Shown here piece after piece: positions 9,346 to 19,950 of a DNA stretch of 64,000 nucleotides. Position numbers and translations under genes: made by a program. Numbering within the stretch: position 1 is the stretch's first letter; every line of letters begins with the position of its first letter. The stretch is from Candidatus Eiseniibacteriota bacterium (GTDB taxonomy: Bacteria > Eisenbacteria > RBG-16-71-46). The DNA lies in assembly GCA_963744995.1 (NCBI GenBank), contig CAVUWA010000011.1, positions 96,001 through 160,000 on the forward strand, written 5' to 3'. Under the pieces are notes generated by a model. That model was not told the origin of the DNA. It was given only the letters and a program-made list of their open reading frames with translations, and made no database searches.

Positions 9346-11274
9346 ATGACCCGTTCCGGTCGCGGCATCGTCCTTCTCTCCCTGAGCGCCGGCGCGGTGG
9401 CGCTCGCGTTGTACGCAGCCACGGCACCGCGCACGATCACGTGGTGGGACGGCTCCGCCTACCCCTTGCTCGCGCGCACGCTCTCGATCGGCAATCCGCC
9501 CGGGTCGCTGTTGCTCACGCTCTTCGGCTGGCTCGGAACCCGGGTGCGGATCGTGACGCCCGTCGCGTTCCAGCTCAATCTGCTCGCATGCTTGGTCGGT
9601 GCGGCCACCACCGCGATCGTGGCCGCGCTTGCCGCGAGACTGGCCGCGGCGGAGGGCGAGGCGCCCGACTCGGTTGCGCTCACGGGTGGTGCGATTGCGG
9701 GGCTCGTCTTCGCTGCGTCTCTTCAGGAGTGGATGTACGCAACGCAGTTCACACCTTACGCGCTCACCGCTCTCGCCACGGCTTTGCTCACATGGACGTT
9801 GCTCACCTGGTGGCACCGGGCGGGCGAGCGCGACGCGCTCGGGGCGCTGTTCGTGCTTGCGCTCCTGTTCGGGCTCGACGTGAGCGTGCACCGCACGAAC
9901 CTCGTCTGGCTGCCCGGCGCGTTCGTCGCGGTCGCGCTGCGCCGCCCGCGCGCACTGCGACGACCGGCGACCTGGGCTGCACTCGCCGGCGGACTTGTGG
10001 TGGGCGCCGCGACGCAACTCTTCTATCTCGTGCTCGCGCGCCGCGAACCATTCTATGACTTCGTCGATGTGCGCACACTGAGTGGACTGTGGCACTACGA
10101 GCGGCTCGACATAGTGGGAGGTGGGTTCCTGCTCAACGTTTGGCCACGGCGCGGCGAGTTTTGGCACGTGCAGCTCGGGGACTGGCTTGGCTACTTCTGG
10201 CGCGACGTGGGCGGCTTGACACTCACGCGCGCGGTGGCGCTCGCGCTCGTACTCGCAGGCCTCATGGCGGGACTGCGGCATCAGCCGCGGCGGACGCTGG
10301 CGCTGCTCGCGTGCTTCCTGTTCGCAGGCCTGGGTGTGGTGGTGTATCTCAATCGCCCACCGCAGTTCTTCCGCCCATTGGACCGACACTACCTCGGTTC
10401 GTGGGTTCTCCTCGCCCCGTGGATGGGGGTGGGCGCGGCGCTGTTCACGCGCGGCCTGCGGCGCCGGATTCCACCCGCAGCCGCGATGTGGCTTGTCGCG
10501 CTGCTCGGCGCGGCGCTGGTGGCCGCGGACGTCCGCGCGAACGCGCCACGTTGTGACCGTTCGCGCACACGCTACGCCGAGCAGGTCGCACGTGATTTCC
10601 TGGAGCCGCTGCCGGCGCATGCGGTGCTCATCACCGGCGGCGACAACGACACATTTCCGCTTTGGTACCTGCAGCAGGTCGAGGGCGTTCGCCGGGACGT
10701 GCTCGTACTGAACGAGTCCTGTTGCCGGCTGCCGAGCGTCACCCGGCGGCTACGTCGCCTCGATCCGGCCTTGGCGACGCTGCAAGACCCGGGGTCAACG
10801 CGCCCAGCCCGGCCGGTCGAGGAGATCCTACGTCGGCTCGCGTGGCGGCGCCCGGTCTACCTCGCCGTGACGCTCGCGCCCGGGATGCACCCCGAGATGG
10901 AAGCGCGCGCACGGTTCACCGGCCTCGTGCGCCACGTGCCGGCCCCATGGGACTCGTCCGGCGCGGCGGCCGACCGCGCCGACCTCGAGCGCTTCGTACG
11001 CGAGCGCCTGCCGCATGCGGGCATCGGCGACGCCCGACAGGTGCTCGATGATGACGCCGCCCCGATGCTGATGAACTACATCGCCGCGGGCGCGACGCTT
11101 GCGCGCGAGCAGGCACAGGGCGGCGACCCTGCCGCTGCGCTGGCGACACTCGACTTCATCGAGCGCCGCGTGTCGTTGGCGTCTCTTGGCGAACAGGCCA
11201 GGGAATTGCGCGCGATGTTCGAGGAACTGCGCGGACGCTTTCGCGCCGCGGTCGCTGCGCGCCGGCCCGCCTGA
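9346..11274 (+). CDS. DUF2723/TMEM260-like membrane glycosyltransferase
   Basis: TITWWD, IGNPPG and GDNDTFPLWYLQQVEGVRRDV motifs; multiple TM helices. Confidence 0.85.
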   Translation: MTRSGRGIVLLSLSAGAVALALYAATAPRTITWWDGSAYPLLARTLSIGNPPGSLLLTLFGWLGTRVRIVTPVAFQLNLLACLVGAATTAIVAALAARLAAAEGEAPDSVALTGGAIAGLVFAASLQEWMYATQFTPYALTALATALLTWTLLTWWHRAGERDALGALFVLALLFGLDVSVHRTNLVWLPGAFVAVALRRPRALRRPATWAALAGGLVVGAATQLFYLVLARREPFYDFVDVRTLSGLWHYERLDIVGGGFLLNVWPRRGEFWHVQLGDWLGYFWRDVGGLTLTRAVALALVLAGLMAGLRHQPRRTLALLACFLFAGLGVVVYLNRPPQFFRPLDRHYLGSWVLLAPWMGVGAALFTRGLRRRIPPAAAMWLVALLGAALVAADVRANAPRCDRSRTRYAEQVARDFLEPLPAHAVLITGGDNDTFPLWYLQQVEGVRRDVLVLNESCCRLPSVTRRLRRLDPALATLQDPGSTRPARPVEEILRRLAWRRPVYLAVTLAPGMHPEMEARARFTGLVRHVPAPWDSSGAAADRADLERFVRERLPHAGIGDARQVLDDDAAPMLMNYIAAGATLAREQAQGGDPAAALATLDFIERRVSLASLGEQARELRAMFEELRGRFRAAVAARRPA

Positions 11275-11343
11275 GCGCGGGGTGACCAGGAACCGGGAAC
11301 CAGGGACGACGGTTGGTGCGAGAACCGCGAGTTTCTGGCCGCG

Positions 11344-12558
11344 TCAGAGCTTGCGGAAGCTCGAAACCAGCGCCACCGCGCGGCGCGGCGTGTGCTCGGG
11401 CGGCTTCGCGTGACCCATGCGGATCAGCATCAGCGGCGACTCGTTGCCGGAGCCGAAGCGGCGCGCGAGCTCGTCGCGGGACTTCTGCTCGAGCAGCGGC
11501 TGGTTGATGGGCTGGTGGCTGATGCCGAGCTGGGTGCAGCGCAGCGCGATGCGTTCATAGGTCTGTCCCGACTTGAGCCACTCCGCCTCGCCCGGCTTCA
11601 TCGACGTGAGCAGGGCGAGCGCGCCCGCGCTGCGCACCTGTGCGCGCGCCTGCTTGCCGGCGCTCTCGGCGCCGAAGCGCAGGAACCAGCTGCCCGGATC
11701 GAAGTAGCTCGCCGCGAACCAGCGCGCCGGCCCGCCGATGTCGAGCGACTCGATGTAGACCCCGTCGCCGTGCGCGCGCAGCTCGCCCTCACTCAACCGC
11801 ATCCAGCCGAAGCGTTCGCGCTGATACGTGGTGTTGTAGGTCTGATCGCGCACCGAATCGCGCGCGAGGTCGGCCACGGCCTCCATCTGGTCATGGTCGT
11901 CGAGCCAGTGGAGCTGCACGCCGTCGGGCACCTGCGCGTTGATCTTGGCGCGATTCTCCATGAACAGGCCGCGGCCGTCGTAGTTGCGCCGGTTCGTGCG
12001 CCGCTCGGGAATCGCCTCGAAGTAGGCCCGGTCGCGCCGGACGTCGCCGCCCACCCACGAAACCTCGGCGACGACGTCATCACGCCCTCCGTACGGGAGG
12101 TACTTCACGGTCGGCACCAGTCCGTAGGCGCGGGCCGCGACCAGCATGTTCTCGAGGGCCGCGCCCAGCGACACCATCATCCAGCGCCGGTCGGGGTCGG
12201 TCGCCGGCAGCGCGCGACGCACGTCAGCCACGATGCGGATCGCGTCGACGTCCGCCTCGAAGCGCCACGGCTGGCTGTTCCAGGTGCTCGGCGCGAGGAT
12301 TGCGGCGCCGATCAGCGCGCGCATGCGTTCGATCGGATCCGCGGGCGGGTCCGCCGGGAGCGACCACGGCTGCAGGGGCACCGCCGCCTGCGCCAGCTTC
12401 TTCGCCCACGCCGCGTGCGGACGCAACGCCGCGTAGGCCGTGGCGCCGCCCGCGAGAATCAGGAACCGGCGCCGGTCGATCGGCACCGAGACGAATTGCG
12501 GCGGCGCGCCGGGGCGGCCCTCGCGGCCGGGTCGGGCTCTGTCCCTGAGACGCTCCAT
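11344..12558 (-). CDS. Acg-like FMN-binding nitroreductase with twin-arginine leader; start may lie near 12490
   Basis: APSTWNSQPWRF, SLGAALEN, RRTNR and LMLIRMGH motifs; leader IDRRRFLILAGG...AAWA. Confidence 0.85.
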   Translation of the reverse strand: MERLRDRARPGREGRPGAPPQFVSVPIDRRRFLILAGGATAYAALRPHAAWAKKLAQAAVPLQPWSLPADPPADPIERMRALIGAAILAPSTWNSQPWRFEADVDAIRIVADVRRALPATDPDRRWMMVSLGAALENMLVAARAYGLVPTVKYLPYGGRDDVVAEVSWVGGDVRRDRAYFEAIPERRTNRRNYDGRGLFMENRAKINAQVPDGVQLHWLDDHDQMEAVADLARDSVRDQTYNTTYQRERFGWMRLSEGELRAHGDGVYIESLDIGGPARWFAASYFDPGSWFLRFGAESAGKQARAQVRSAGALALLTSMKPGEAEWLKSGQTYERIALRCTQLGISHQPINQPLLEQKSRDELARRFGSGNESPLMLIRMGHAKPPEHTPRRAVALVSSFRKL

Positions 12559-12765
12559 TGCCGCAAAACCTGCGCGAGCGGGGCGTCACGCGTCAACCGG
12601 GATCGCTGAACCCGGCCGCGGGCATCGGGTTGCGGGATGGCGCCGCACCGCCGCCCGCCCCCCGTTTGAAGCATGCGCGGCGGGACGTCGAAACGCCGTC
12701 CATGGGCCCCGGAAGGAGCGCGTCGGCTTGCCCCGTCCGGACACGCCGCCTAGTTTCGCCGGGCC

Positions 12766-13263
12766 ATGGAGCCCGCCCGCTTCGCCACCGATCGGTCACT
12801 CGACGAACTCGCCAGACGCCTGCGCTTTCTCGGGCACGATGTCGCGACCTTCGGCGGCGTACCGCTCGCCGAGCTGTTCGAGCTCGCGCGGCGCGAGCAC
12901 CGCACCGTCCTCACCCTCAGCCGGCGTCATCCGCGCCGTTTTGCAGATGTGAACAGGCTCGCCATGCCGCGCGAGGATCTCGCCGCTCAGGTGCGCACCG
13001 TGGACGCCGCACATCCGCCAGCCGGCGCGCCGTTCTCGCGTTGTGCGCTGTGCAACACCGCCTTGCAGCGCCGGCACCCGTTCGAGGCGCGCGGCGAGAT
13101 CCCGGGTCGCGTGCTGCGGCGGCTGCGGATCGCCCTCTACTGCCCCCTGTGCGGGAAGTGGTTCTGGCACGGCAGCCATGTCGACCGCCTGTGCGCGTGG
13201 CTCTCGACGACCCTCGGCCGCCCCGTCACGTGGCCGCACGACGAGCCCGCCGCTTCGCCCTGA
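12766..13263 (+). CDS. Mut7-C RNase domain protein with Zn ribbon
   Basis: F.TD.SL..LARRLRFLG.D, RCALCN, CPLCGKWFWHGSH. Confidence 0.85.
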   Translation: MEPARFATDRSLDELARRLRFLGHDVATFGGVPLAELFELARREHRTVLTLSRRHPRRFADVNRLAMPREDLAAQVRTVDAAHPPAGAPFSRCALCNTALQRRHPFEARGEIPGRVLRRLRIALYCPLCGKWFWHGSHVDRLCAWLSTTLGRPVTWPHDEPAASP

Positions 13264-13303
13264 GCACGGCGCGCCGCGCGGCCTCCGCACGGCCCGGGGC
13301 GCA

Positions 13304-13332
13304 TTGCATCCTCCCTCCCCGTTGTCCAGAAT
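13304..13332 (+). promoter_or_regulatory. Putative sigma-70 promoter for an intergenic transcript
   Basis: TTGCAT-N17-CAGAAT, located between convergent genes. Confidence 0.4.
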
Positions 13333-13339
13333 GCGGGCT

Positions 13340-13485
13340 GGGCGGCGGACCCGCGACACGAACCCGGAGAGCATCGTGGGGAGAGGTTCGGTCGTGCGTG
13401 TTCCCGCCCGCTTCAGCGGACCGCCGTGCATCGTGGAGCGACCTCTCCCGGTGCCGGCGGTTCCGTCTTCGGGCCGGGGTCGCGG
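13340..13485 (+). ncRNA. Candidate rod-shaped ncRNA
   Basis: Nested stems CCGCGAC/GTCGCGG, CCCGGAGA/TCTTCGGG, GCATC/GGTGC, GGGAGAGGT/ACCTCTCCC and tip CCGC-TTCA-GCGG. G-U pairs favour the + strand. Confidence 0.35.
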
Positions 13486-13490
13486 CGCGG

Positions 13491-13952
13491 CTACGGGCAG
13501 CGCAGGGAAGAAGCCAGCGCCTTCGCCTTGCGCGCGCTCTGTTCGGCGCGCGAGATCTCGCCCAGTTCCAGCGCCGCACGCGCCTCGCGCAGGAAGTTGA
13601 GGGTCGACTCGATCGTCGACTCCTGCTCGGGCAGCAGGGTGCGGCCGCGGCAGCGCCGCACGGCCGCGCCGGCTTCCGTCGTGTCGGCGATCACCTTCTG
13701 CATCAGCAGCTCGCGCTCGTCCGCCTTCACCACCGGCTCGACCACGATCCGCTCGACCGCGACCGTGTCGGCCTTCGCGGGCTGCTTCGGGGTCGGGCGC
13801 TTCTCGATCGGCACCCCGGCCTCGCGCGATCCGCCGAACATCGCGCAGCCCGACAGCAGCGGCATCACGAGCAGCGTCGCGACCGCCAGGCGCAGCGGCC
13901 GGCGGCCCGCGCGCACCGCACCTGCAACGCGCGGCCGTGGCATCGTCTTCAT
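13491..13952 (-). CDS. Lipoprotein of unknown function
   Basis: Basic N-terminus, hydrophobic stretch and LSGC lipobox; ATGA-coupled to the kinase gene. Confidence 0.8.
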   Translation of the reverse strand: MKTMPRPRVAGAVRAGRRPLRLAVATLLVMPLLSGCAMFGGSREAGVPIEKRPTPKQPAKADTVAVERIVVEPVVKADERELLMQKVIADTTEAGAAVRRCRGRTLLPEQESTIESTLNFLREARAALELGEISRAEQSARKAKALASSLRCP

Positions 13953-15433
13953 GCGCCCACCTCCACCGGCTCCTGTAGTTTCAACGGCAGGCGCAGCGCG
14001 ACGTGCGTGCCCTCTCCCGCGTGTGAATCGATTCGCACCGTACCTCCATGCATGCGCGCCACCTGTTGAACGACCGCGAGCCCGATCCCCGTGCCCTGCG
14101 GCCGCGTCGTGAAATAGAGATCGAAGATGCGCGGCAGGACGTCCGCCGGAATCCCCGCGCCGCGGTCGGCGACTTCGATCTCCAGCGTGTCGCCGCCACC
14201 GCTCGCCCGCAGCCTGATCTCGCCGCCGCCGGGCATCGCCTCTTCGGCGTTCGAGATCAGGTTCGACACCGCCTGGCGGATCAGCGCCGTGTCACCCCAG
14301 AACCGCTCCGGCAGCGACGTGCGCTCGACGGTCAGCTTGGTGCGCTGTTCGCGCAGCGTTTCCTCGGCGCGCTCGGCGATGTCCGCGAGCAGCTCGCCGG
14401 GATTGAACCACGTCGCGCGCATTTCGCCGAGCATGGCGAAACGGCGGAAGCCGACCACGATCTGCTCGAGCCGCTTGAGCTCGCTCTCGAGCACGTTCAG
14501 GTGCCGCATGGCCTCGGGCGGGGCGTCCTGCAATTTCCGCTTCAGCTGGCCGAGGTGCAGCGCCGCGGCGTTCAGCGGATCGGCCATCTCGTGGGCGAGC
14601 CCCGAGGCGACGCGCGCCCATTCGGCCATTTTTCCGGTGGCATCCAGCAGCTCGCCCGGATCCACGTGCCCCATGGCCGCCTTGAGCCGCGCGCTTTCGA
14701 GCCGCTCGCCCAGCGCATTGATGGACGAGGCGAGCAGCGCGAGCTCGTCGCGGCCCTCGACGTTCAGCCGGTGCCCGAACTCGCCCTCGCGCAGGCGTTC
14801 GAGCCCGGTCACCGCGTCGCGCACCCGGCGCGTGAGCAGCTGCGCGAACGCCACCGCGACCCCCATCGCGAGCAGCAGGGCGCCGAGAGCGACCCACAGC
14901 CCGGCGCTCAGCTGGCCGAGCAGCTGGGCCCTGAGCAGCGTGGTCGATACGCCGACGCGCACCTCGCCGAACGCGGCGCTGCCGGCCTTGAGCGGCACGA
15001 TCTCGTCGAACGTCTCCGGCGGTCCGAGAATGCGCACCGACTGCGTCACGACGCTGGCTTCGGTGAGGCGCTCGAGCGGCGGCCGCCCCGCCTGCCGGGC
15101 ACCGGTGAGATCGGGCTGGCTGTGCGCCATCGCACGGCCGGCCGGGTCGAACACGCCCATGTCGATGAGCGTCGGATCGCTCGCGAGCGCGCTGCGGAAC
15201 AGCCCTGCGAGCAGCGGGTCCTTCGCTACCGCCTGCACGGCCTCTGTGGCGCTCAGCCCCGATGCGGCGCGGCTCACCAGCACCGCGGCCTCCTGCGCGA
15301 GCGCCGCCGCGCGGTCGGCCGAGGCGCGCACGGTCGCCCGCACCGCGAACGCGGAGTAGATCGCGGTCGCCAGGATCGCGACCACGAGCGCGACGCTGGC
15401 CATGGCCAGCGACAGCCAGCCGCGCAGGCCCAT
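13949..15433 (-). CDS. HAMP-domain sensor histidine kinase
   Basis: Two TM segments, HAMP (GRDEL), H-box LAHEMADPL, N box NLISNA, G boxes DRGAGI and GTGIGL. Start is MGLRGW. Confidence 0.92.
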   Translation of the reverse strand: MGLRGWLSLAMASVALVVAILATAIYSAFAVRATVRASADRAAALAQEAAVLVSRAASGLSATEAVQAVAKDPLLAGLFRSALASDPTLIDMGVFDPAGRAMAHSQPDLTGARQAGRPPLERLTEASVVTQSVRILGPPETFDEIVPLKAGSAAFGEVRVGVSTTLLRAQLLGQLSAGLWVALGALLLAMGVAVAFAQLLTRRVRDAVTGLERLREGEFGHRLNVEGRDELALLASSINALGERLESARLKAAMGHVDPGELLDATGKMAEWARVASGLAHEMADPLNAAALHLGQLKRKLQDAPPEAMRHLNVLESELKRLEQIVVGFRRFAMLGEMRATWFNPGELLADIAERAEETLREQRTKLTVERTSLPERFWGDTALIRQAVSNLISNAEEAMPGGGEIRLRASGGGDTLEIEVADRGAGIPADVLPRIFDLYFTTRPQGTGIGLAVVQQVARMHGGTVRIDSHAGEGTHVALRLPLKLQEPVEVGA

Positions 15434-15435
15434 GT

Positions 15436-16797
<1,362 letters not shown>

Positions 16798-16971
16798 GGG
16801 TCTCCCTTCTTCCACCGTGTCGTTTTTTCGCGGCTGGAAGATTTTACCCAGTCGGGAGAGGGCTGAAAGCCCTGAATGAGCCTTGGGGGCGATTTCGGAC
16901 ATAATTCACAACTCTTTCCATTACAGCGGGTTGAGGGGGCGGGCCCGGCTTGTGGCGGGGATTCCGCTCGA

Positions 16972-16987
16972 TGGCACCGTTCTGGCA
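16972..16987 (+). promoter_or_regulatory. Putative sigma-54 (-24/-12) promoter
   Basis: TGGCACCGTTCTGGCA (GG-N10-GC). An AT-rich tract lies at ~16900-16925; the site is divergent from the bEBP gene. Confidence 0.55.
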
Positions 16988-17076
16988 GTAGGGCAAGCAT
17001 CGGGCCCGGCTCTGCGGGGACGGACCTGATTGCCCATGGACGGGCCCTGCAGGGGTTGGGAAGCGGGAGTCTGTCC

Positions 17077-17307
17077 GTGGGCAATCAGCGAAAGAAACTG
17101 GTGCGCGGTACGAGTCGGCGACCGGACGAATGGCCCAGCATCCGAGGATCTTCGAACCGTTCGGCGCCACTCTCCGCGCGCGCGCGTCGTCAGCGGGCGA
17201 AGCGCAGGTGGCGGGCGTTCGCCATCGTCGCCGCCGCCGCCGCGGCCGGGCTGACTTTGTGGCTGTGGTCGTGGCCGTCGATCGCGGCCTTCATGGGAGG
17301 GGATTAG
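17077..17307 (+). CDS. Small basic protein with C-terminal TM helix (76 aa)
   Basis: GTG after GGGAG; Arg-rich N-terminus followed by AFAIVAAAAAAGLTLWLWSW. Confidence 0.5.
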   Translation: MGNQRKKLVRGTSRRPDEWPSIRGSSNRSAPLSARARRQRAKRRWRAFAIVAAAAAAGLTLWLWSWPSIAAFMGGD

Positions 17308-18001
17308 AGGCAGGAAGGGCCGAAGCTCGGAGCACGTGAAGCGTTCTCCGAAGTTCGGCCGCCGGCGGGCCCGGAGACACCCGCCGGAATCAGACATCCA
17401 TGGTCGGAACGCCTATTTCCTGGTCCGGAGCGTCTTGGGGAGCGACACAGGTCGGGCGGAATGAACCCAGGATGTCGCCCACCGCCGGTCTTCGGTGCGC
17501 GTCCCGCGCCGGAGCCGGCGGTATTTTTTTTGCCGGAACCCGGGCCCGCCGGCGCGGGGTAGTTCCTGATGCGGGCCGGGCAGACCAGGGAGTGCCGAGA
17601 CGCCGGGATCGTACTCGCTGCGACCCCCCGGTCGACCCGGTGCCCTGTATCCGGCCCGTTTCTTCGTCGTCAGCGCCTCGCGGGCATCCGGCGCGCGTTG
17701 CCCGCCATCTCGACTCACCGGCCGCTACCGTCAGGTCGCATGACCCACGACGTCGCCGTCCGCGACGCAGCGGCCCCGTGGAGGCCGGACCTCTGCCCGC
17801 GGATCGGCGTTCCGTGCGCCACCGTCCCCCCCCGCGCGTTGCGGCGCGCGGGCGGCGGCGCCGGACCGGCCCGTCGCACCTGCCGCCCGCGCAGCGCCGC
17901 GACGATCCAGCCGGCCGGGCGTCCGCCGGCTCGCGGTGTGCGAACGGATCGGGCTAGAATCTTCGCGGCTCACCTCACCCACGTCCCCCCCGGCCCACCG
18001 C

Positions 18002-18859
18002 ATGGATCTCTCGGTCGTCACCGTCAACTACCGCTCGCTGGACCCGCTGCTCGCGTGCCTGGACTCGCTGGCCGCCGCGGCGCCCGGACTCGCGTACGAG
18101 ACCGTGGTCGTGGACAACGAGCAGGCGAGCGGGGTCAGGGCCGCGCTCGCGGCGCGCCACCCCGGGGTGCGGGTGATCGAGAACGCGGAGAACGCCGGCT
18201 ACGCCCGTGCGGTCAACCAGGGGATCCGCGCGACCGGGGCCGAGTTCGTCCTGGTCCTGAATCCCGACTGCGAGCTCCGCCCGGACGCCGTGCGGGTGCT
18301 GGTGGACTACCTGCGCGCGCACCCGGCCGCGGCGGTGGCGGGCCCGAAGATCCTCAATCCCGACGGCACGCTCGAGTACTCGGCGCGCTCGTTCCCGACC
18401 CATCTCACGTTCCTCTTCAACCGCTACTCGCTGCTCACCCGCCTGTTCCCGGACAATCGCTACTCGCGCGCCTACCTGCTCACCGACTGGGATCACGCCT
18501 CGGTGCGCGCCGTGGACTGGCTGTCCGGCGCATGCCTGCTGGTGCGGCGCAGCGCGATCGACGAGGTCGGCCCGATGGACGAGGCGTTCTTCATGTTCAA
18601 CGAGGATGTGGACTGGTGCCGCCGCATGAAGCTGTCGGGCAACGAGGTCGTCTACGTGCCTGATGCGGTGATCGTGCACCACGTCGGCGCCAGTCGCCGC
18701 AAAGTGGCGGCGCGCGTGATCTACCGCCGGCACCGCGGCATGATCCACTACTTCCACAAGCACTACCCGACGAACCCGCTGCTCGCGCTGTTCGCGGATG
18801 CGCTGATCATGGCCCGCGCCGGCGTGATGATCGCCGCGAACGCGCTGCGGCCGCGCTAG
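18002..18859 (+). CDS. GT2 family glycosyltransferase (WbbL-like)
   Basis: MDLSVVTVNY, VVDN, LNPD, WLSGAC and FMFNEDVDWC motifs. Confidence 0.92.
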   Translation: MDLSVVTVNYRSLDPLLACLDSLAAAAPGLAYETVVVDNEQASGVRAALAARHPGVRVIENAENAGYARAVNQGIRATGAEFVLVLNPDCELRPDAVRVLVDYLRAHPAAAVAGPKILNPDGTLEYSARSFPTHLTFLFNRYSLLTRLFPDNRYSRAYLLTDWDHASVRAVDWLSGACLLVRRSAIDEVGPMDEAFFMFNEDVDWCRRMKLSGNEVVYVPDAVIVHHVGASRRKVAARVIYRRHRGMIHYFHKHYPTNPLLALFADALIMARAGVMIAANALRPR

Positions 18860-18863
18860 AGCC

Positions 18864-19934
18864 ATGATCCGGATTCCGTATTCGCTGATCCTGGCCACCG
18901 GGACGATGGCGGCGACCCTGCTGCTCGTGCCGCTCATCATGCGCTGGGCGCGCCGGGCCGGCGCGCTCGACCGGCCGGGGCCCAGGCGCGTGCACCTGGA
19001 GCCGGTGCCCACGCTCGGCGGGATCGCATTCGCGATCGCGGTCCTGGGCGGGGCGTGGCTCGCCCGCGCGTTGCCGGGGCCGGCACGGGCGCTCGAACTG
19101 TACCCGCTGATCGGCATCACCTTCGCGTCGATCCCGATCCTCGCGCTCGGTATCACCGACGACCTGCGCGGGGCGCCGCCGTGGGCCAAGCTCGGCGTGC
19201 AGGCGTGCGCCGCCCTGGTGCTGTTCCATTTCGGATTCGGCGTGCCGACGCTCACGAATCCGGTCGGCGGCAATGTGGACATCGGCTGGCTGAACGCGCC
19301 GCTCACCGTCGCCTGGGTGCTGGTGGTGGTGAACGCGGTCAACCTGATCGACGGCCTCGACGGACTGGCCTCGGGGGTCGTGCTGCTGGCCTGCGCGACG
19401 CTGTGGTGGGTCGCACGCTCCCACGCCGACCTCTACGTGATGTTCTTCGCCGCGCTGCTGATCGGCACCACCGCCGGGTTCCTGCGCTACAACTTCCCGC
19501 CCGCGCGGGTGTTCATGGGCGATACCGGCAGCCAGTTCCTGGGCCTGATGCTCGCCGCGGTCTCGCTGCTGGAGAACCGCAAGGGCACGGCCACCGTCAC
19601 CCTGCTGTTTCCGCTCGTCGCGCTGGCGCTGCCGATCGCCGACAGCGTGCTCGCGCTCTTCCGGCGCGTGGCGGCCGGGCGCCACGTGTTCCACGCCGAT
19701 TCGGGACACATCCACCATCGCCTGCTCAGGCTCGGCCTCACCCACGCCCAGGTGACCCTGCTGCTCTGGGGCCTGTCCGCGGTGCTCGGCGTGGTGGCGA
19801 TCCTGCTCGCCCGGCAGCCGCGCCGCGTGGCGCTGCTGCTCGCCGGGCTGCTCGCGGTCGTGCTGTTCGTCGCGTTCGAGGTCGTGGAAGCGGTCGCGCG
19901 CAGGCGCGACGGCGCGGGGCCGGACGGCGGGTAG
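18864..19934 (+). CDS. wecA: WecA/MraY-family undecaprenyl-phosphate GlcNAc-1-phosphate transferase
   Basis: DD, NLIDGLDGL, FMGDTGS and HIHHRL motifs. Confidence 0.88.
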   Translation: MIRIPYSLILATGTMAATLLLVPLIMRWARRAGALDRPGPRRVHLEPVPTLGGIAFAIAVLGGAWLARALPGPARALELYPLIGITFASIPILALGITDDLRGAPPWAKLGVQACAALVLFHFGFGVPTLTNPVGGNVDIGWLNAPLTVAWVLVVVNAVNLIDGLDGLASGVVLLACATLWWVARSHADLYVMFFAALLIGTTAGFLRYNFPPARVFMGDTGSQFLGLMLAAVSLLENRKGTATVTLLFPLVALALPIADSVLALFRRVAAGRHVFHADSGHIHHRLLRLGLTHAQVTLLLWGLSAVLGVVAILLARQPRRVALLLAGLLAVVLFVAFEVVEAVARRRDGAGPDGG

Positions 19935-19950
19935 CGGCCCCGGCCGCGGT

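Noticed and set aside
12700..12730. CCCCGGAAGGAGC resembling the SRP RNA loop
   Set aside because: It lacks the CAGG...AGCAG internal-loop context and a long supporting stem.
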